DNA of 64,000 bases from assembly GCA_016765295.1 (NCBI GenBank), contig JAESQF010000095.1, forward strand, positions 872 to 64,871, in the 5' to 3' direction. The stretch comes from Oleispira sp. GTDB lineage: Bacteria; Pseudomonadota; Gammaproteobacteria; Pseudomonadales; Oceanobacteraceae. Made by a program: the position numbers and the translations under genes. Under the pieces are notes generated by a model, which saw only the letters and a program-made list of their open reading frames with translations, was not told the DNA's origin and ran no database searches. Shown here in pieces: positions 1-10,147 of the stretch (positions are counted from its first letter, which is position 1; each line of letters starts with the position of its first letter).

Positions 1-273
1 GATGGAGCGCTGGTATTAGGTGAGTGGGAACTGTCGATTGCTTCAAAGGGGGCGGTACGAAAATTTTTAATCAGTAATGCCTACCAAGCGATTCCTGATT
101 CTGTAGGGGATGACTGTGGTGGTTTATTCGTACCTAAGCAGATGTATTGCACCTTGCAGTATGATCCTGTATGCGGCTGTGATGGTAAAACCTATTCCAA
201 TAGCTGCATAGCGGCCTCTGCGGGTATTCGTGTTATTCATACTGGTACTTGTGAAGGCTCATTCACTGAATAG
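1..273 (+). CDS. 3' end of a protein with a C-terminal Kazal-type serine protease inhibitor domain (truncated by window start)
   Basis: Frame 1 is open from base 1 to TAG at 271-273. Translation: ...DDCGGLFVPKQMYCTLQYDPVCGCDGKTYSNSCIAASAGIRVIHTGTCEGSFTE*, with the Kazal C-x3-YxPVCGxDGxTYxNxC motif. Confidence 0.85.
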   Translation, partial: DGALVLGEWELSIASKGAVRKFLISNAYQAIPDSVGDDCGGLFVPKQMYCTLQYDPVCGCDGKTYSNSCIAASAGIRVIHTGTCEGSFTE

Positions 274-294
274 CAGTCAATTTAAAATTTATGG

Positions 295-1074
295 CTAAGT
301 TTCAGTGAACTCTTTGATTAAAAACTCAGGGTCTTCTAGTAGTGATTTTAAGTGATTGAAAAATGGCTCAAAATGAAGACCAAAGCCTAGGCGGTGGTCT
401 ATGCTCCAGTTCAATGGAGTTGTCTGACTGTCAGGGTTTATTTTTCCCAATGTAAACATGCTGATATGTTCGCCGTAGAATTGTCCATCGAACTTGCTGA
501 GAATTGATAGCGACGTAGGAGCTGTAGATTGGGCACGAATAGCGGGTATTCTGGTTAACTGGAAAAGGCAGTAGAATAAAAAACGAGGTAGTTTCGCTAT
601 TTTTTTGAGTTGTCGGAATTGATCTACTTCATCTTCTGGTTGTGTTTGAATTTCTATGAGACGTTGCGATAGCTGTACAACAGACTGTTGGTTTACTGAC
701 TTAAAGCGATAGTTAAGTGTTTGTTGTTTCTCATTGTCAAACTCCCTGACTAGCATTAATGAAATGTCGATGGTTTTACTTTGAAATGATTTTTGCCAAG
801 CAAACATTGGAGGGTAACCACTTAAACGTCTATAGGGTTGTGTACCGTCACTCGCGCGAAATGCATAGGTTAAGGCAATGGCCTTCATTATCACGGCAGA
901 GAATTTTACTTTATCACTGGAGAGATTTGTTTGATTATGGTGGCGCAGCACCTCAAGCAACTTTTGGAAATTCACCTCAATACTGTAGTGTCTAGAGACG
1001 AAGCGGTGAATAGACATGTTCATGTAATATACATGATTCACCCTGCTGTCTGGATTTTTCCTGCCTAAACTCAT
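295..1074 (-). CDS. Stand-alone 2-oxoacid dehydrogenase E2 / CAT-like acyltransferase catalytic-domain protein
   Basis: 259-aa ORF with C-terminal SIDHRLGFG (DHRxxDG-like) and the segment FSAVIMKAIA. No lipoyl domain. Confidence 0.6.
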   Translation of the reverse strand: MSLGRKNPDSRVNHVYYMNMSIHRFVSRHYSIEVNFQKLLEVLRHHNQTNLSSDKVKFSAVIMKAIALTYAFRASDGTQPYRRLSGYPPMFAWQKSFQSKTIDISLMLVREFDNEKQQTLNYRFKSVNQQSVVQLSQRLIEIQTQPEDEVDQFRQLKKIAKLPRFLFYCLFQLTRIPAIRAQSTAPTSLSILSKFDGQFYGEHISMFTLGKINPDSQTTPLNWSIDHRLGFGLHFEPFFNHLKSLLEDPEFLIKEFTET

Positions 1075-1315
1075 GCTGCATGACCACTAGGATATAAGGG
1101 GTGTTCATTGTAGAGTAAAAAATACTTCGGGACACCTTCTAAGCATATATGACCTATGCTGACGTGCTAGGGCTCTACAAATGGCGAACAAAAGTTAACT
1201 ATGGTAGAAGTAGTACGCTGCTTCAAATGGTTAGCTAGAAATGAATAAGGGTTTGAGTTTAATGCCATCGTCAAAATTCAGAACAACAGAAAATCAGTTA
1301 CGTTTCTCTGAAGTA

Positions 1316-1360
1316 CAGCAATAAATCTTTAACCTCTTTGTCATAGTCTCTAATTACCAT
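1316..1360 (+). promoter_or_regulatory. Putative Pho box (three 11-bp repeats) and -10 element upstream of cpdB
   Basis: CAGCAAT-AAAT-CTTTAAC-CTCT-TTGTCAT at 1316-1344 resembles CTGTCAT-N4 repeats. TACCAT (1355-1360) lies exactly 10 bp downstream. Confidence 0.55.
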
Positions 1361-1394
1361 CCTGTTCAAGATAATCAAACGGACAGGAAATCTA

Positions 1395-3470
1395 ATGACA
1401 TTCTCGAGTAACTCTCTGCGTAATATTACTTTATGCTCATCGCTTATTATTGGCCTTAGCGCCTGCGGTGGTGGCAGCAGTAAATCAAAAAACAATAGCC
1501 AACTTCTTGATGTTGAAATTACAAAAAATAGCTCAGAAGTAATCCCTACAATAGAGTCCAGTAAGGTTGTATTGCGAATTATGGAAACCACCGATCTACA
1601 CGCCAATATCATGAATTATAATTATTATCGCGGCACTGCTGATGACTCGGTAGGCTTAGTGAAAACAGCGACGTTAATTGAAATTGCCCGCGCGGAAGTG
1701 AAAAACAGTGTACTTGTGGATAACGGTGATTTATTGCAAGGCAGCCCGTTAGGGGATTATGTCGCTAAGGTGAAGGGACTAGAAGAAAATGAAGTTCACC
1801 CAATTTACAAAGCGATGAATCTTCTGAATTATGATGCCGCTAATATTGGTAACCATGAGTTTAATTTTGGCCTGCCATTTTTAAAGCAAGCAATCGATGA
1901 TGCGAATTTTCCTTATACTTCGGCAAATGTATTCTTTGATGATCATGATACCGATGATAGTAATGACATTCCTTATTTCAAACCATACCTGCTACAAGAA
2001 AAAAATGTATTAGATGCTGATGGTAATGCGCATCAGCTAACCATTGGCTACATTGGTTTTGTACCACCACAAGTAATGCAGTGGGACAAAAATAATTTAG
2101 AAACTCGGGTAAAAGCGAAAGACATTGTTGATATGGCTAAGCACTATGTGCCGATGATGAAAGCGGATGGGGCAGATATTATTATTGCTATTCCGCATTC
2201 TGGCTTGGTGACACGTGAGCGTTTGGGGGGCGATGAGAATGCTAGCTTTTATTTATCGCAAGTCGAGGGTATCGACGCGATTATGTTTGGCCACGCGCAC
2301 CGTAACTTCCCTGGTCATAGCAGTTACGATGATTTAGAGGGTGTTGATAATGTAAAAGGCACCATCAATGGAGTGGCAGCGGTTATGCCAGGTTATTGGG
2401 GTAAGTACTTGGGTTATATTGATTTAACTCTAGAAAAGAGCGCTGCTGATACTTGGTCAGTGGTTGATAGTATCTCAATACTTAAGCCTATTTCTCAGAC
2501 TAATCCTGATCGTTCGGTAACATCATTGGTAGAGTCTCATGCAGGTATTGAAGAGGCGGTGCAGCATGACCATGAGTTAGTCAATACTTGGGTGAGTGAA
2601 CCTTTTGCTAAAATATCTAAGCCGATTAATAGTTTCTTTGCACTGGTACAAGACGACCCCTCTATTCAGGTGGTGACCGATGCGCAGACCTGGTATGTGA
2701 AAACAATAGTGCAGGGCACTGATCTTGAAAACTTACCTATCCTTTCTGTTGGCGCGCCGTTTAGAGCGGGTCGTGGTGGTTCTGATGACTTCACAGATCT
2801 AAGCGCGGGTGATGTGTCCTATGGCAATGTTGCAGATCTGTATATTTATCCGAATACCTTAAAAGTGCTTCAGCTTAATGGCGCAGAAGTTAAGCAGTGG
2901 TTAGAGATGTCGACAGGACAATTTAATACCATTGCCGCAGGTAGCCAAGGTGTGGAATTAATTAATCAAGATTTTCCGAGTTATAACTTTGATGTGATTG
3001 ATGGCATTGAATATGAAATTGATGTCAGCCAAGCGCCGCGCTATGACAAGTCGGGTAACTTGGTCGATATTAATAACAGCCGTATTAAAAACATTACTTA
3101 TCAAGGTGAACCGATTAATCTCGGGCAAGACTTCTTAGTTGTTTCTAATAACTATCGCGCCGCCGGAGGTGGTAATTTCCCAGGGATTAGCGCTGAAAAA
3201 ATTGTTATTGATGCGCCAAATGAAAATCGCCAGACCGTTGCCGATTATTTAATCTTTAGCACTGAGGAAAACCCAGAGACTGGCTTTGATCCTTCTGCTG
3301 ATAATAATTGGTCTTTCACTCCACTCGCAAATACCAGTGTTGTATTTAAAGGTTCGAGTAAAGATGTCGCACAGGATTTTGCCGATCAAAACCCTGCACT
3401 GATTTACTCTCATATCGATACTGAGGGTTATGGGGTATATAGTTTGAACTTGGGGCTTGGCGATCTTTGA
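1395..3470 (+). CDS. cpdB: 2',3'-cyclic-nucleotide 2'-phosphodiesterase/3'-nucleotidase, lipoprotein
   Basis: Metallophosphoesterase motifs ETTDLH, VDNGDLLQGSPLGDY, GNHEFN, PHSG, GHAH; C-terminal 5'-nucleotidase domain (YNFDVIDG, NNYRA); lipobox LSAC. Confidence 0.92.
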   Translation: MTFSSNSLRNITLCSSLIIGLSACGGGSSKSKNNSQLLDVEITKNSSEVIPTIESSKVVLRIMETTDLHANIMNYNYYRGTADDSVGLVKTATLIEIARAEVKNSVLVDNGDLLQGSPLGDYVAKVKGLEENEVHPIYKAMNLLNYDAANIGNHEFNFGLPFLKQAIDDANFPYTSANVFFDDHDTDDSNDIPYFKPYLLQEKNVLDADGNAHQLTIGYIGFVPPQVMQWDKNNLETRVKAKDIVDMAKHYVPMMKADGADIIIAIPHSGLVTRERLGGDENASFYLSQVEGIDAIMFGHAHRNFPGHSSYDDLEGVDNVKGTINGVAAVMPGYWGKYLGYIDLTLEKSAADTWSVVDSISILKPISQTNPDRSVTSLVESHAGIEEAVQHDHELVNTWVSEPFAKISKPINSFFALVQDDPSIQVVTDAQTWYVKTIVQGTDLENLPILSVGAPFRAGRGGSDDFTDLSAGDVSYGNVADLYIYPNTLKVLQLNGAEVKQWLEMSTGQFNTIAAGSQGVELINQDFPSYNFDVIDGIEYEIDVSQAPRYDKSGNLVDINNSRIKNITYQGEPINLGQDFLVVSNNYRAAGGGNFPGISAEKIVIDAPNENRQTVADYLIFSTEENPETGFDPSADNNWSFTPLANTSVVFKGSSKDVAQDFADQNPALIYSHIDTEGYGVYSLNLGLGDL

Positions 3471-3501
3471 TAGCTGCGAATGAGGTAGGTGTATTACTGC
3501 C

Positions 3502-4290
3502 TCATTTCAACTCGCCAGTTTTATTATATAAGCCTTTACGTGACTCCATAAGATATTGCTCGACCTTGCCACTCTCGGTTAACTTCTTAAGCCCTTTATT
3601 GAATGTTGCAACGAGTTGTTCAGCATTTTCTAATTTTTTTGAGATCACTAAGTGATTGCTAAAAGAGGCGACGGTTCTAGGGCTTACTACTATGGTCCCA
3701 ATTTGTTCAGTTCTGAAAATTCGATGCATAATGTCATAACCGGTGTCGATTTCAGCAATAACAGCATCTATACGATTAGCCGCTAATTTTTTGAAGTTGT
3801 TAACCTCGAGGCTAGTACGCTCAACAATGATTAAACCATTCTCTTCTGCTTGTTGAAATTCTTCACCATAGAAATAGCCATTGGTTGCACCAATGACAAT
3901 GCCCGATAAATCTTCAAATGAATTCCAGTTGAGAAATGTAGCTTTATTAAAAAATATAACTATTTCACTTTCGATGATGGGATCACTAAAAAATACTTCC
4001 TTAGATCGTTCTTCGGTAATCGCCCAAACTGCAGAGGCATCCCAATTGCCCGTTCTTACGTTGTTGTAAGTGCGTTTCCAAGGGAACCAGCCATATTTAG
4101 CCGTAATATTTTGTAGGGCAAAGGATTCACTGATGATGCGGGCTGCCAGACCATGATGTTTCATGTTCTCTGATATAAAGGGTGGCCACTCACCTGATGA
4201 TACCGTGATGACTCTGTTCTCAGAGCTAGCAATCGAGGGGAGTATTAAGGCAATAGCAATTAATAGGATATTTTTAGCTATTCTTTTCAT
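3502..4290 (-). CDS. Orphan periplasmic substrate-binding protein (family 3-like)
   Basis: Signal peptide; GEWPPF, FPWKR and GYFYG motifs typical of this SBP family. Confidence 0.8.
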   Translation of the reverse strand: MKRIAKNILLIAIALILPSIASSENRVITVSSGEWPPFISENMKHHGLAARIISESFALQNITAKYGWFPWKRTYNNVRTGNWDASAVWAITEERSKEVFFSDPIIESEIVIFFNKATFLNWNSFEDLSGIVIGATNGYFYGEEFQQAEENGLIIVERTSLEVNNFKKLAANRIDAVIAEIDTGYDIMHRIFRTEQIGTIVVSPRTVASFSNHLVISKKLENAEQLVATFNKGLKKLTESGKVEQYLMESRKGLYNKTGELK

Positions 4291-4381
4291 TGGTAATTCA
4301 GATGCCTATATCAACAGTATTAGAATACGTTTAGATGATATAAGTTTAGCCCACTTCAGTGATAGAAGTGAGCTTTAAGTT

Positions 4382-5242
4382 TTAAACTTGTTGTGCCGCG
4401 ACTTCGGGGAATCGTTCTTCCCAGCCATCAATTAAGGCCGATTGATCAATATCATTAGGATGAAAACCGCGCTGGAAAAACTTTTTCACACCGCCAGCAT
4501 TGGCGCGTAACATTCCTTTCTTACCCCAGAAAAACTTTGCAGCCTGTCGCCATTCAGTAAAGCTGGGCATATGTTTCGTTTTCCATAGGATTCGAACTTG
4601 GAAAAATGCGATGCGTGAAAATAATGAAACCATGGCGATAACCATGACGCGGCGGCGCATCCACTCATTGTCGACTTGCAGGCGATAGACATCGAAGGCT
4701 ACCGCTTTATGTTCAATTTCTTCGACAGAATGCCAGAGCATCATATGGCGGAAGGCTTCTGGTGCTTGATCTAGGACTTCGGGGTTAGCCAAAAGGAATT
4801 CAGCCAAGCTGGCGGTGAAATGTTCCATGGCGACGGTGAGCGCGAGTTGACGCTCGGGTCCGAAGCGGCGTTTCAGCATTTCTACGCGGGCGGCCATATT
4901 ATTTGAGATCATCGACATGGGAATGCCGAGTTTTTCAATCTGATCATTGAGGTCATCATGGCAACGCCCGTGGTGAGCTTCTTGGCCAATGAAACCGCGG
5001 ATATCCGCAAGCATCTTAGGGTCGCTGATGGATTTTTGATAATGACGTACTGCATGAATAAAAAATCGTTCACCTTCCGGAAACATAGCGGAGAGTGAAT
5101 AAAAAAAGGTACTGATCAGTGAATTGTTTTCTATGGCGAATTGCGCCATTTTCATATCGTCGGTATTAAATTGCATACGACGCGGTTTTATTGCACCATC
5201 GATGGGCTTTGTCATAGTCTTGTTCCTTTTATTATTATTCAT
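4382..5242 (-). CDS. Predicted metal-dependent hydrolase (ferritin-like fold); probable start at 5215
   Basis: Motifs FPEGERFFI, GQEAHH, MEHFTA and WHSVEEIEHK. Confidence 0.85.
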   Translation of the reverse strand: MNNNKRNKTMTKPIDGAIKPRRMQFNTDDMKMAQFAIENNSLISTFFYSLSAMFPEGERFFIHAVRHYQKSISDPKMLADIRGFIGQEAHHGRCHDDLNDQIEKLGIPMSMISNNMAARVEMLKRRFGPERQLALTVAMEHFTASLAEFLLANPEVLDQAPEAFRHMMLWHSVEEIEHKAVAFDVYRLQVDNEWMRRRVMVIAMVSLFSRIAFFQVRILWKTKHMPSFTEWRQAAKFFWGKKGMLRANAGGVKKFFQRGFHPNDIDQSALIDGWEERFPEVAAQQV

Positions 5243-5329
5243 TCACTATGGCATATGGATTTCAGTTGCAGTAGGTGAATTAGAAGCAACTTTAGGTGTT
5301 TTAAGATCAGATTTTAGGATCAGCTTTAT

Positions 5330-6412
5330 ATGTCGATACTGCCAATAGGCGAAAATACACAGATTAAAGTAGGAGAGGGCGATTTAGCGATCTCTTCAGA
5401 TTACCTGATTTTATTATTGGAATTAGGCGTTGAATTTGGTCTCAAGCAAAGTGAGTTATTGTTGGGTAGTCAGCTCGATACTAGTATTGTTATTCGCCCT
5501 GGGATTTCTGTTGGCTATAAATCATTTTTTAAGGTTGTCGCTAACTTCAGAGCGAAGCAGCCCGATATGTCGCTGGCGATTGTTTATGGCAAGCGCATGA
5601 CCTTGTCTAAGCATGGGGCTTTGGGTATTGCTGCGCGTCACAGCCGCACTGCAAATGATGCCGCAAGTGCGCTGGTTACTTATATGAGTACCCGCGCAGA
5701 AATTTTTAGTGTGCGCCGCGAGCGTAATGCAGAAAGTCGCCGTTTGTATGTCGACTTAGAAATAGAAAGTAACGATGACGTATATTTTCTTATTTTGGCG
5801 TACTTTATTAGCATCGAATTTGTTATCCGCCAAATGCTGGGCTATGCCGGCGAAATCAAAACTAGAATTGAACTACCGATTAAACCTGAACTTTGGTATG
5901 GCACACCGTTAGAGGAAAACACGGTTGAAATAGATAAAGAAGCACAGGGTGCAGAATTACACTTTTCAGCGCAGCATTGCCTGTTGTTATGGCCGACAGA
6001 TATTCTAGACGATCTATTGCCGTTATTTGATAACGATCTTGTCACGATGGCACAGGAAGTGTGTGAAGACGAATTGAAATCGATTCTGCAACCCTCAAGC
6101 GTAAGTCAGGTAGTTGCTCGGGCGTTTAAAGATGCGGAAGGAAGCTTACCAACAGTTGATAGTATTGCGACAACCTTAAACACATCGGCGGCCACGTTAA
6201 AACGAAAATTGAAAGCGGAGGGGCACAGCTTTCGAGAGATAAAAGATGAAGTTTTATATAACAAGGCGATGAAATATTTGCGTGATACTCAGCAATCGGT
6301 GGAGTTAATTGCCGAACAGCTGGGTTACAGTGATGCCAGTAATTTTGCCAAAGCTTTTAAGGGCTGGAGTGGTATCAGCCCTAGTGATTTTAGGAAAACC
6401 CTAGTTTGTTAG
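5330..6412 (+). CDS. AraC-family transcriptional regulator, divergent from the hydrolase
   Basis: C-terminal TLKRKLKAEG...IAEQLGYSDASNFAKAFKGWSGISPSDFR. Confidence 0.9.
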   Translation: MSILPIGENTQIKVGEGDLAISSDYLILLLELGVEFGLKQSELLLGSQLDTSIVIRPGISVGYKSFFKVVANFRAKQPDMSLAIVYGKRMTLSKHGALGIAARHSRTANDAASALVTYMSTRAEIFSVRRERNAESRRLYVDLEIESNDDVYFLILAYFISIEFVIRQMLGYAGEIKTRIELPIKPELWYGTPLEENTVEIDKEAQGAELHFSAQHCLLLWPTDILDDLLPLFDNDLVTMAQEVCEDELKSILQPSSVSQVVARAFKDAEGSLPTVDSIATTLNTSAATLKRKLKAEGHSFREIKDEVLYNKAMKYLRDTQQSVELIAEQLGYSDASNFAKAFKGWSGISPSDFRKTLVC

Positions 6413-6521
6413 AGTTGCTGAAATTATTAACAGGGATAGGTGTATGAATTCAATGAAAAATTCTCTTCGTTCGCCTTTCTCATTGTTAGCTGGTGTGAGT
6501 ATATTTAAAAAGGGATTTAAT

Positions 6522-6944
6522 GTGATATCAAAAATTTTAGTAAGTGTCGGGATCGTTTTTTATGCTTTAGTTGTTCCATATTTTGAGATTAACGATACGC
6601 ATGTTTTTAATCCAAATTGGGAGGCTCATGCTAGGTTGCACGAAGTATGGCAGTTAGCTACTAACTGTTTAATTGGTATTTTTAGCCTTTGGCTCATTTG
6701 GATAAAAGAGAAAATATTACCAGCAAGCATTTTAACAATGTTCATCACATTGGGTTTTATGATTGCTTACTTTACACGTGATAGTTATGGCGGCTCTATG
6801 GTTCTTTCTGATGGCACAGAGAAAGTAGTAGCGGGTATAAATATAGGGGTTCTCGGTTTCGGTATTGCTATTATTTTTGTAATAATAGCTGTGATTATTG
6901 AAAATAGAGGTGAGTCTGCGTCTGGTAAAATAAATTGCGGCTAG
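6522..6944 (+). CDS. Hypothetical 4-TM membrane protein (ORF track start 6444; GTG at 6522 has an RBS)
   Basis: Hydrophobic segments with THVFNPNWEAHARLHEVWQ; AAGGGA precedes GTG 6522. Confidence 0.65.
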   Translation: MISKILVSVGIVFYALVVPYFEINDTHVFNPNWEAHARLHEVWQLATNCLIGIFSLWLIWIKEKILPASILTMFITLGFMIAYFTRDSYGGSMVLSDGTEKVVAGINIGVLGFGIAIIFVIIAVIIENRGESASGKINCG

Positions 6945-7048
6945 TGGGTCAGAGCAATACGTCATTCTAGGGGCTGGATATGATATGCGGGCTCATCGGC
7001 TTGAACTTCCGTCTTCATTAAAAATCTTTAAACTCGAATATTAAGCGT

Positions 7049-7948
7049 CTATTCCCCCAGTATTTTTAACTGTTCTCTTATCCAAATATGTAGAGGGTCT
7101 TGGTTCGATCTTTGATGCCAGGCAGCAATGACTTCAAAATCAGGCGGAGATGCTTCTAGGTTGATGGTTTTAAGCTGTAGATCAGGGAGTAAGCGCGAGG
7201 GAATAAATCCGCATAAATCACTCTCGCCGATGCATGCTTTGGCCGCGGTGAAGGTGGGTACTGACAGCACTACATTTCTTGGGTGACCTTGCTCTTCAAA
7301 CCATAAATTGGCGGCCCCACTGAATTCTCCTCGGGAAGGTGAAACCACTAATTGAGGGATTTGAGCGATGGCTGCCACCGACATATTCTTTTTCACTTTT
7401 GTGTTGGTCTTACTAGCAACACAAACATAGTGTTCATTGTACAAGAGCATGGACGGGTAGTTGTCAGGCACAAATGTTGGGTTGCTGATCACTAAATCGA
7501 CGTCGCCTATCACTAAAGATTCTGCCAGTTTATCCAATTCCAGTTTGCGAACCGTCAATTTCAAATTAGGCGCTTTTTGACGCAGCAGCTTCACCAACTT
7601 AGGCAGTATGACTCTTTGTTCGAAATCAGTGGAGCTAATGGAAAACTGGTCTGTTGCTGTAGCTGGATCGAAGATATCAGGTTTGAACAGATCTTCTAAT
7701 GATTCCAATATGTGATCAATTTTAGGCCGAAGAGATTCGACAAAAGGTGTGGGGATAACGCCGTTACTCGTTCGAATAAATAACCGATCATCGAAGGTAT
7801 CGCGCAACTTACGCAGTTGGTCACTTATTGCTTGTTGGGAGACGCCCATTTTCTCTGCCACACGGGATAAATTGCGATCTTTAAGCAATCCTTGAAGAAT
7901 TCGTAACTGACGAATATCGATTTTGTTTAAAAGTTTCATTTGTATCAC
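7049..7948 (-). CDS. LysR-family regulator
   Basis: N-terminal HTH (NLSRVAEKMGVSQQAISDQLRKLR..FDDRLFIR); divergent from the alkene reductase. Confidence 0.92.
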   Translation of the reverse strand: MIQMKLLNKIDIRQLRILQGLLKDRNLSRVAEKMGVSQQAISDQLRKLRDTFDDRLFIRTSNGVIPTPFVESLRPKIDHILESLEDLFKPDIFDPATATDQFSISSTDFEQRVILPKLVKLLRQKAPNLKLTVRKLELDKLAESLVIGDVDLVISNPTFVPDNYPSMLLYNEHYVCVASKTNTKVKKNMSVAAIAQIPQLVVSPSRGEFSGAANLWFEEQGHPRNVVLSVPTFTAAKACIGESDLCGFIPSRLLPDLQLKTINLEASPPDFEVIAAWHQRSNQDPLHIWIREQLKILGE

Positions 7949-8049
7949 TTACAGCTATGTCTTGTTTTTAATTGTATCTGTGTCGGCTTAAAATAGCTCC
8001 TATCTATTACCTACTAGCAATGAACTAACCGTTCATATCAGGAGTTTTT

Positions 8050-9180
8050 ATGTCGTTATCCAGCTTGTTCAGCGAAGTTTCACTTGGCCCTTATACATTA
8101 AAAAATCGGATTGTTTTACCGCCATTAACTCGTTCAAGAAGTTCACAACCTGGCAATATCCCTAATGAGCTGATGGCAGAATATTACTCTCAGCGTACGG
8201 GAGCTGGCTTTATGGTTACTGAAGGCACTCAAATTGAACCCCGAGGTCAAGGGTACGCCTGGACACCGGGCATTCATAGCAAAGCACAGGTCGAAGGTTG
8301 GAAGAAAATAACCCAAGCAGTACATGACAAAGGGGGGGTGATTTTTTCGCAGCTTTGGCATGTTGGTCGAGTCTCTCATAACTCGCTGCAACCGAATCAA
8401 GAATCTCCTGTAGGACCTTCTGATATAAAAGCGGATTCGGTCAAGGTGTTTATTGAAACGGGCCAGGGTGAAGGTGCATTGGCAGACCCAAGCGAGCCAA
8501 GAGCATTATCGACAGCAGAGGTCGAATCTTTAGTCGGCATGTATCGCAATGCGGCCGTTAATGCCAAAGAGGCTGGCTTTGATGGGGTTGAATTACACTG
8601 CGCTAATGGTTATTTGGTTAACCAGTTTATTTCTGAGCATACAAATAACCGAACCGATAAATACGGTGGCAGTTTAAATAATCGCTTACGTTTTTTGCAA
8701 GAAATTACACAAGCTGTCACTGATGTTTTTGGTCACGACAAAGTCGGTGTACGTTTCGCACCCTTGTTTGAAAGCACTGATGAAGAACGTGTCTATTTAG
8801 GCTTGGTTGAAAGCGATCCGCAACAAACTTACATCTCAGCCATTAAAGTTCTGAATGAAGTAGGCATCGCCTATTTATCATTGGCAGAAGCCGATTGGGA
8901 TAACGCGCCGGATTTACCTGATGCGTTTTACCAAGAAGTCAGAAATACCTTCGAAGGAGTCATTATGTACGCCGGTAAATACACGCCCGAGAAAGCACAG
9001 AGAGTATTGGCAGAAGGGAACGGTGACATTTTTGGTTTCGGTCGCCCATTCATTGCTAACCCTGACTTACCAGAACGAATTCGTAATGAATGGCCTTTGA
9101 ATGATGTTGATCCTAGCAGCATGTATGGCGGCACAGATAAAGGCTATACCGATTACCCGACCTTTGAACCGGTGCTTTAA
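8050..9180 (+). CDS. Old yellow enzyme-family alkene reductase (NemA/XenB-like)
   Basis: NRIVLPPLTRSR, QLWHVGR, AGFDGVELHCANGYL, GRPFIANPDL and GYTDYP motifs. Confidence 0.93.
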   Translation: MSLSSLFSEVSLGPYTLKNRIVLPPLTRSRSSQPGNIPNELMAEYYSQRTGAGFMVTEGTQIEPRGQGYAWTPGIHSKAQVEGWKKITQAVHDKGGVIFSQLWHVGRVSHNSLQPNQESPVGPSDIKADSVKVFIETGQGEGALADPSEPRALSTAEVESLVGMYRNAAVNAKEAGFDGVELHCANGYLVNQFISEHTNNRTDKYGGSLNNRLRFLQEITQAVTDVFGHDKVGVRFAPLFESTDEERVYLGLVESDPQQTYISAIKVLNEVGIAYLSLAEADWDNAPDLPDAFYQEVRNTFEGVIMYAGKYTPEKAQRVLAEGNGDIFGFGRPFIANPDLPERIRNEWPLNDVDPSSMYGGTDKGYTDYPTFEPVL

Positions 9181-9253
9181 TCGATATTTATTTGTTGCTA
9201 TGTAAGGTTCACTCTCTACAATAAAGTAGATACCTTCTAAAGCATGGATAGAT

Positions 9254-9556
9254 ATGGATACCTTGATTAAATTTTTAATATTATACTTAATACCCATTTT
9301 ATCTTCTGTGAGCTCTGTCGGTGTTTACAAGCATGCTTATGGTAAAGCTCCAGAAGATACCTTTATAAATATGGCTTTCATTTTTGTCGCTTTAGGCTTT
9401 ATCGCATCATGTTTTATCATGGTAACTTTAGTCTCTAAATTTTCATCTGGTGAGATTATTTATTCGGGTATCGTATTTTCTATATTGGCTTGGCTTTTGG
9501 AATTAATCGTTGTTGGCCTTTATCTTGTTATCTTCTATGACTTTATCAACCCTTAA
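9254..9556 (+). CDS. Hypothetical small membrane protein
   Basis: 100-aa AT-rich ORF with three hydrophobic segments and GGA upstream. Confidence 0.55.
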   Translation: MDTLIKFLILYLIPILSSVSSVGVYKHAYGKAPEDTFINMAFIFVALGFIASCFIMVTLVSKFSSGEIIYSGIVFSILAWLLELIVVGLYLVIFYDFINP

Positions 9557-9586
9557 ATGCAAAGGGTTTTTCTTCTATCTGATTAT

Positions 9587-10147
9587 TTATTGATACATTA
9601 AAAAAATCGGAATGATAATTTCCTCTTCATCTTGTAAATGGCGTACTAATACTTTTTTCAATAACATTGCCTGCTTATGCAAGTCTGCCACATAGCGTGG
9701 TGGTAATTGCTTTTGGCGATGTGCTTGCTGAATAGAGCGCTTTAAGCGATGCAAGGCTTCATCCAGTACTAAATGATCATCATCTAATAAATCTATAGCC
9801 GTGGAAAACTGAGGCAATATTTTTCTGAATTGAGGAAAGTAGGATACGTCTTCAATTTGATGATGGTGATGGGCTCTCTCAACTAAATGAAGGCCACTGC
9901 GCAACGAAGGCTGTAGCTGAGCAAGGCTATAGCCTTTTGGTTGGCTAAGTTGCATCAGCGCTTCAAGTTGTAACACTAGAGTGCTCACCGTGTTTAACAA
10001 GTTACCGTGATATGCGATAAAAAATGCCGCACTGCCACCATAAGATGGGTGCTTAGACCAGTCTTGGCGGGCCAGCGGTAATAGCTGCTGTTGAATGCTA
10101 GCGGGCAAGGCAATACGCTGAGCCACGTGCTGGGCATGGGCTGACAT
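9587..10147 (-). CDS. Hemerythrin HHE cation-binding domain protein
   Basis: HHHHQIED..YFP, DH and RHLQDEE motifs. Confidence 0.8.
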   Translation of the reverse strand: MSAHAQHVAQRIALPASIQQQLLPLARQDWSKHPSYGGSAAFFIAYHGNLLNTVSTLVLQLEALMQLSQPKGYSLAQLQPSLRSGLHLVERAHHHHQIEDVSYFPQFRKILPQFSTAIDLLDDDHLVLDEALHRLKRSIQQAHRQKQLPPRYVADLHKQAMLLKKVLVRHLQDEEEIIIPIFLMYQ

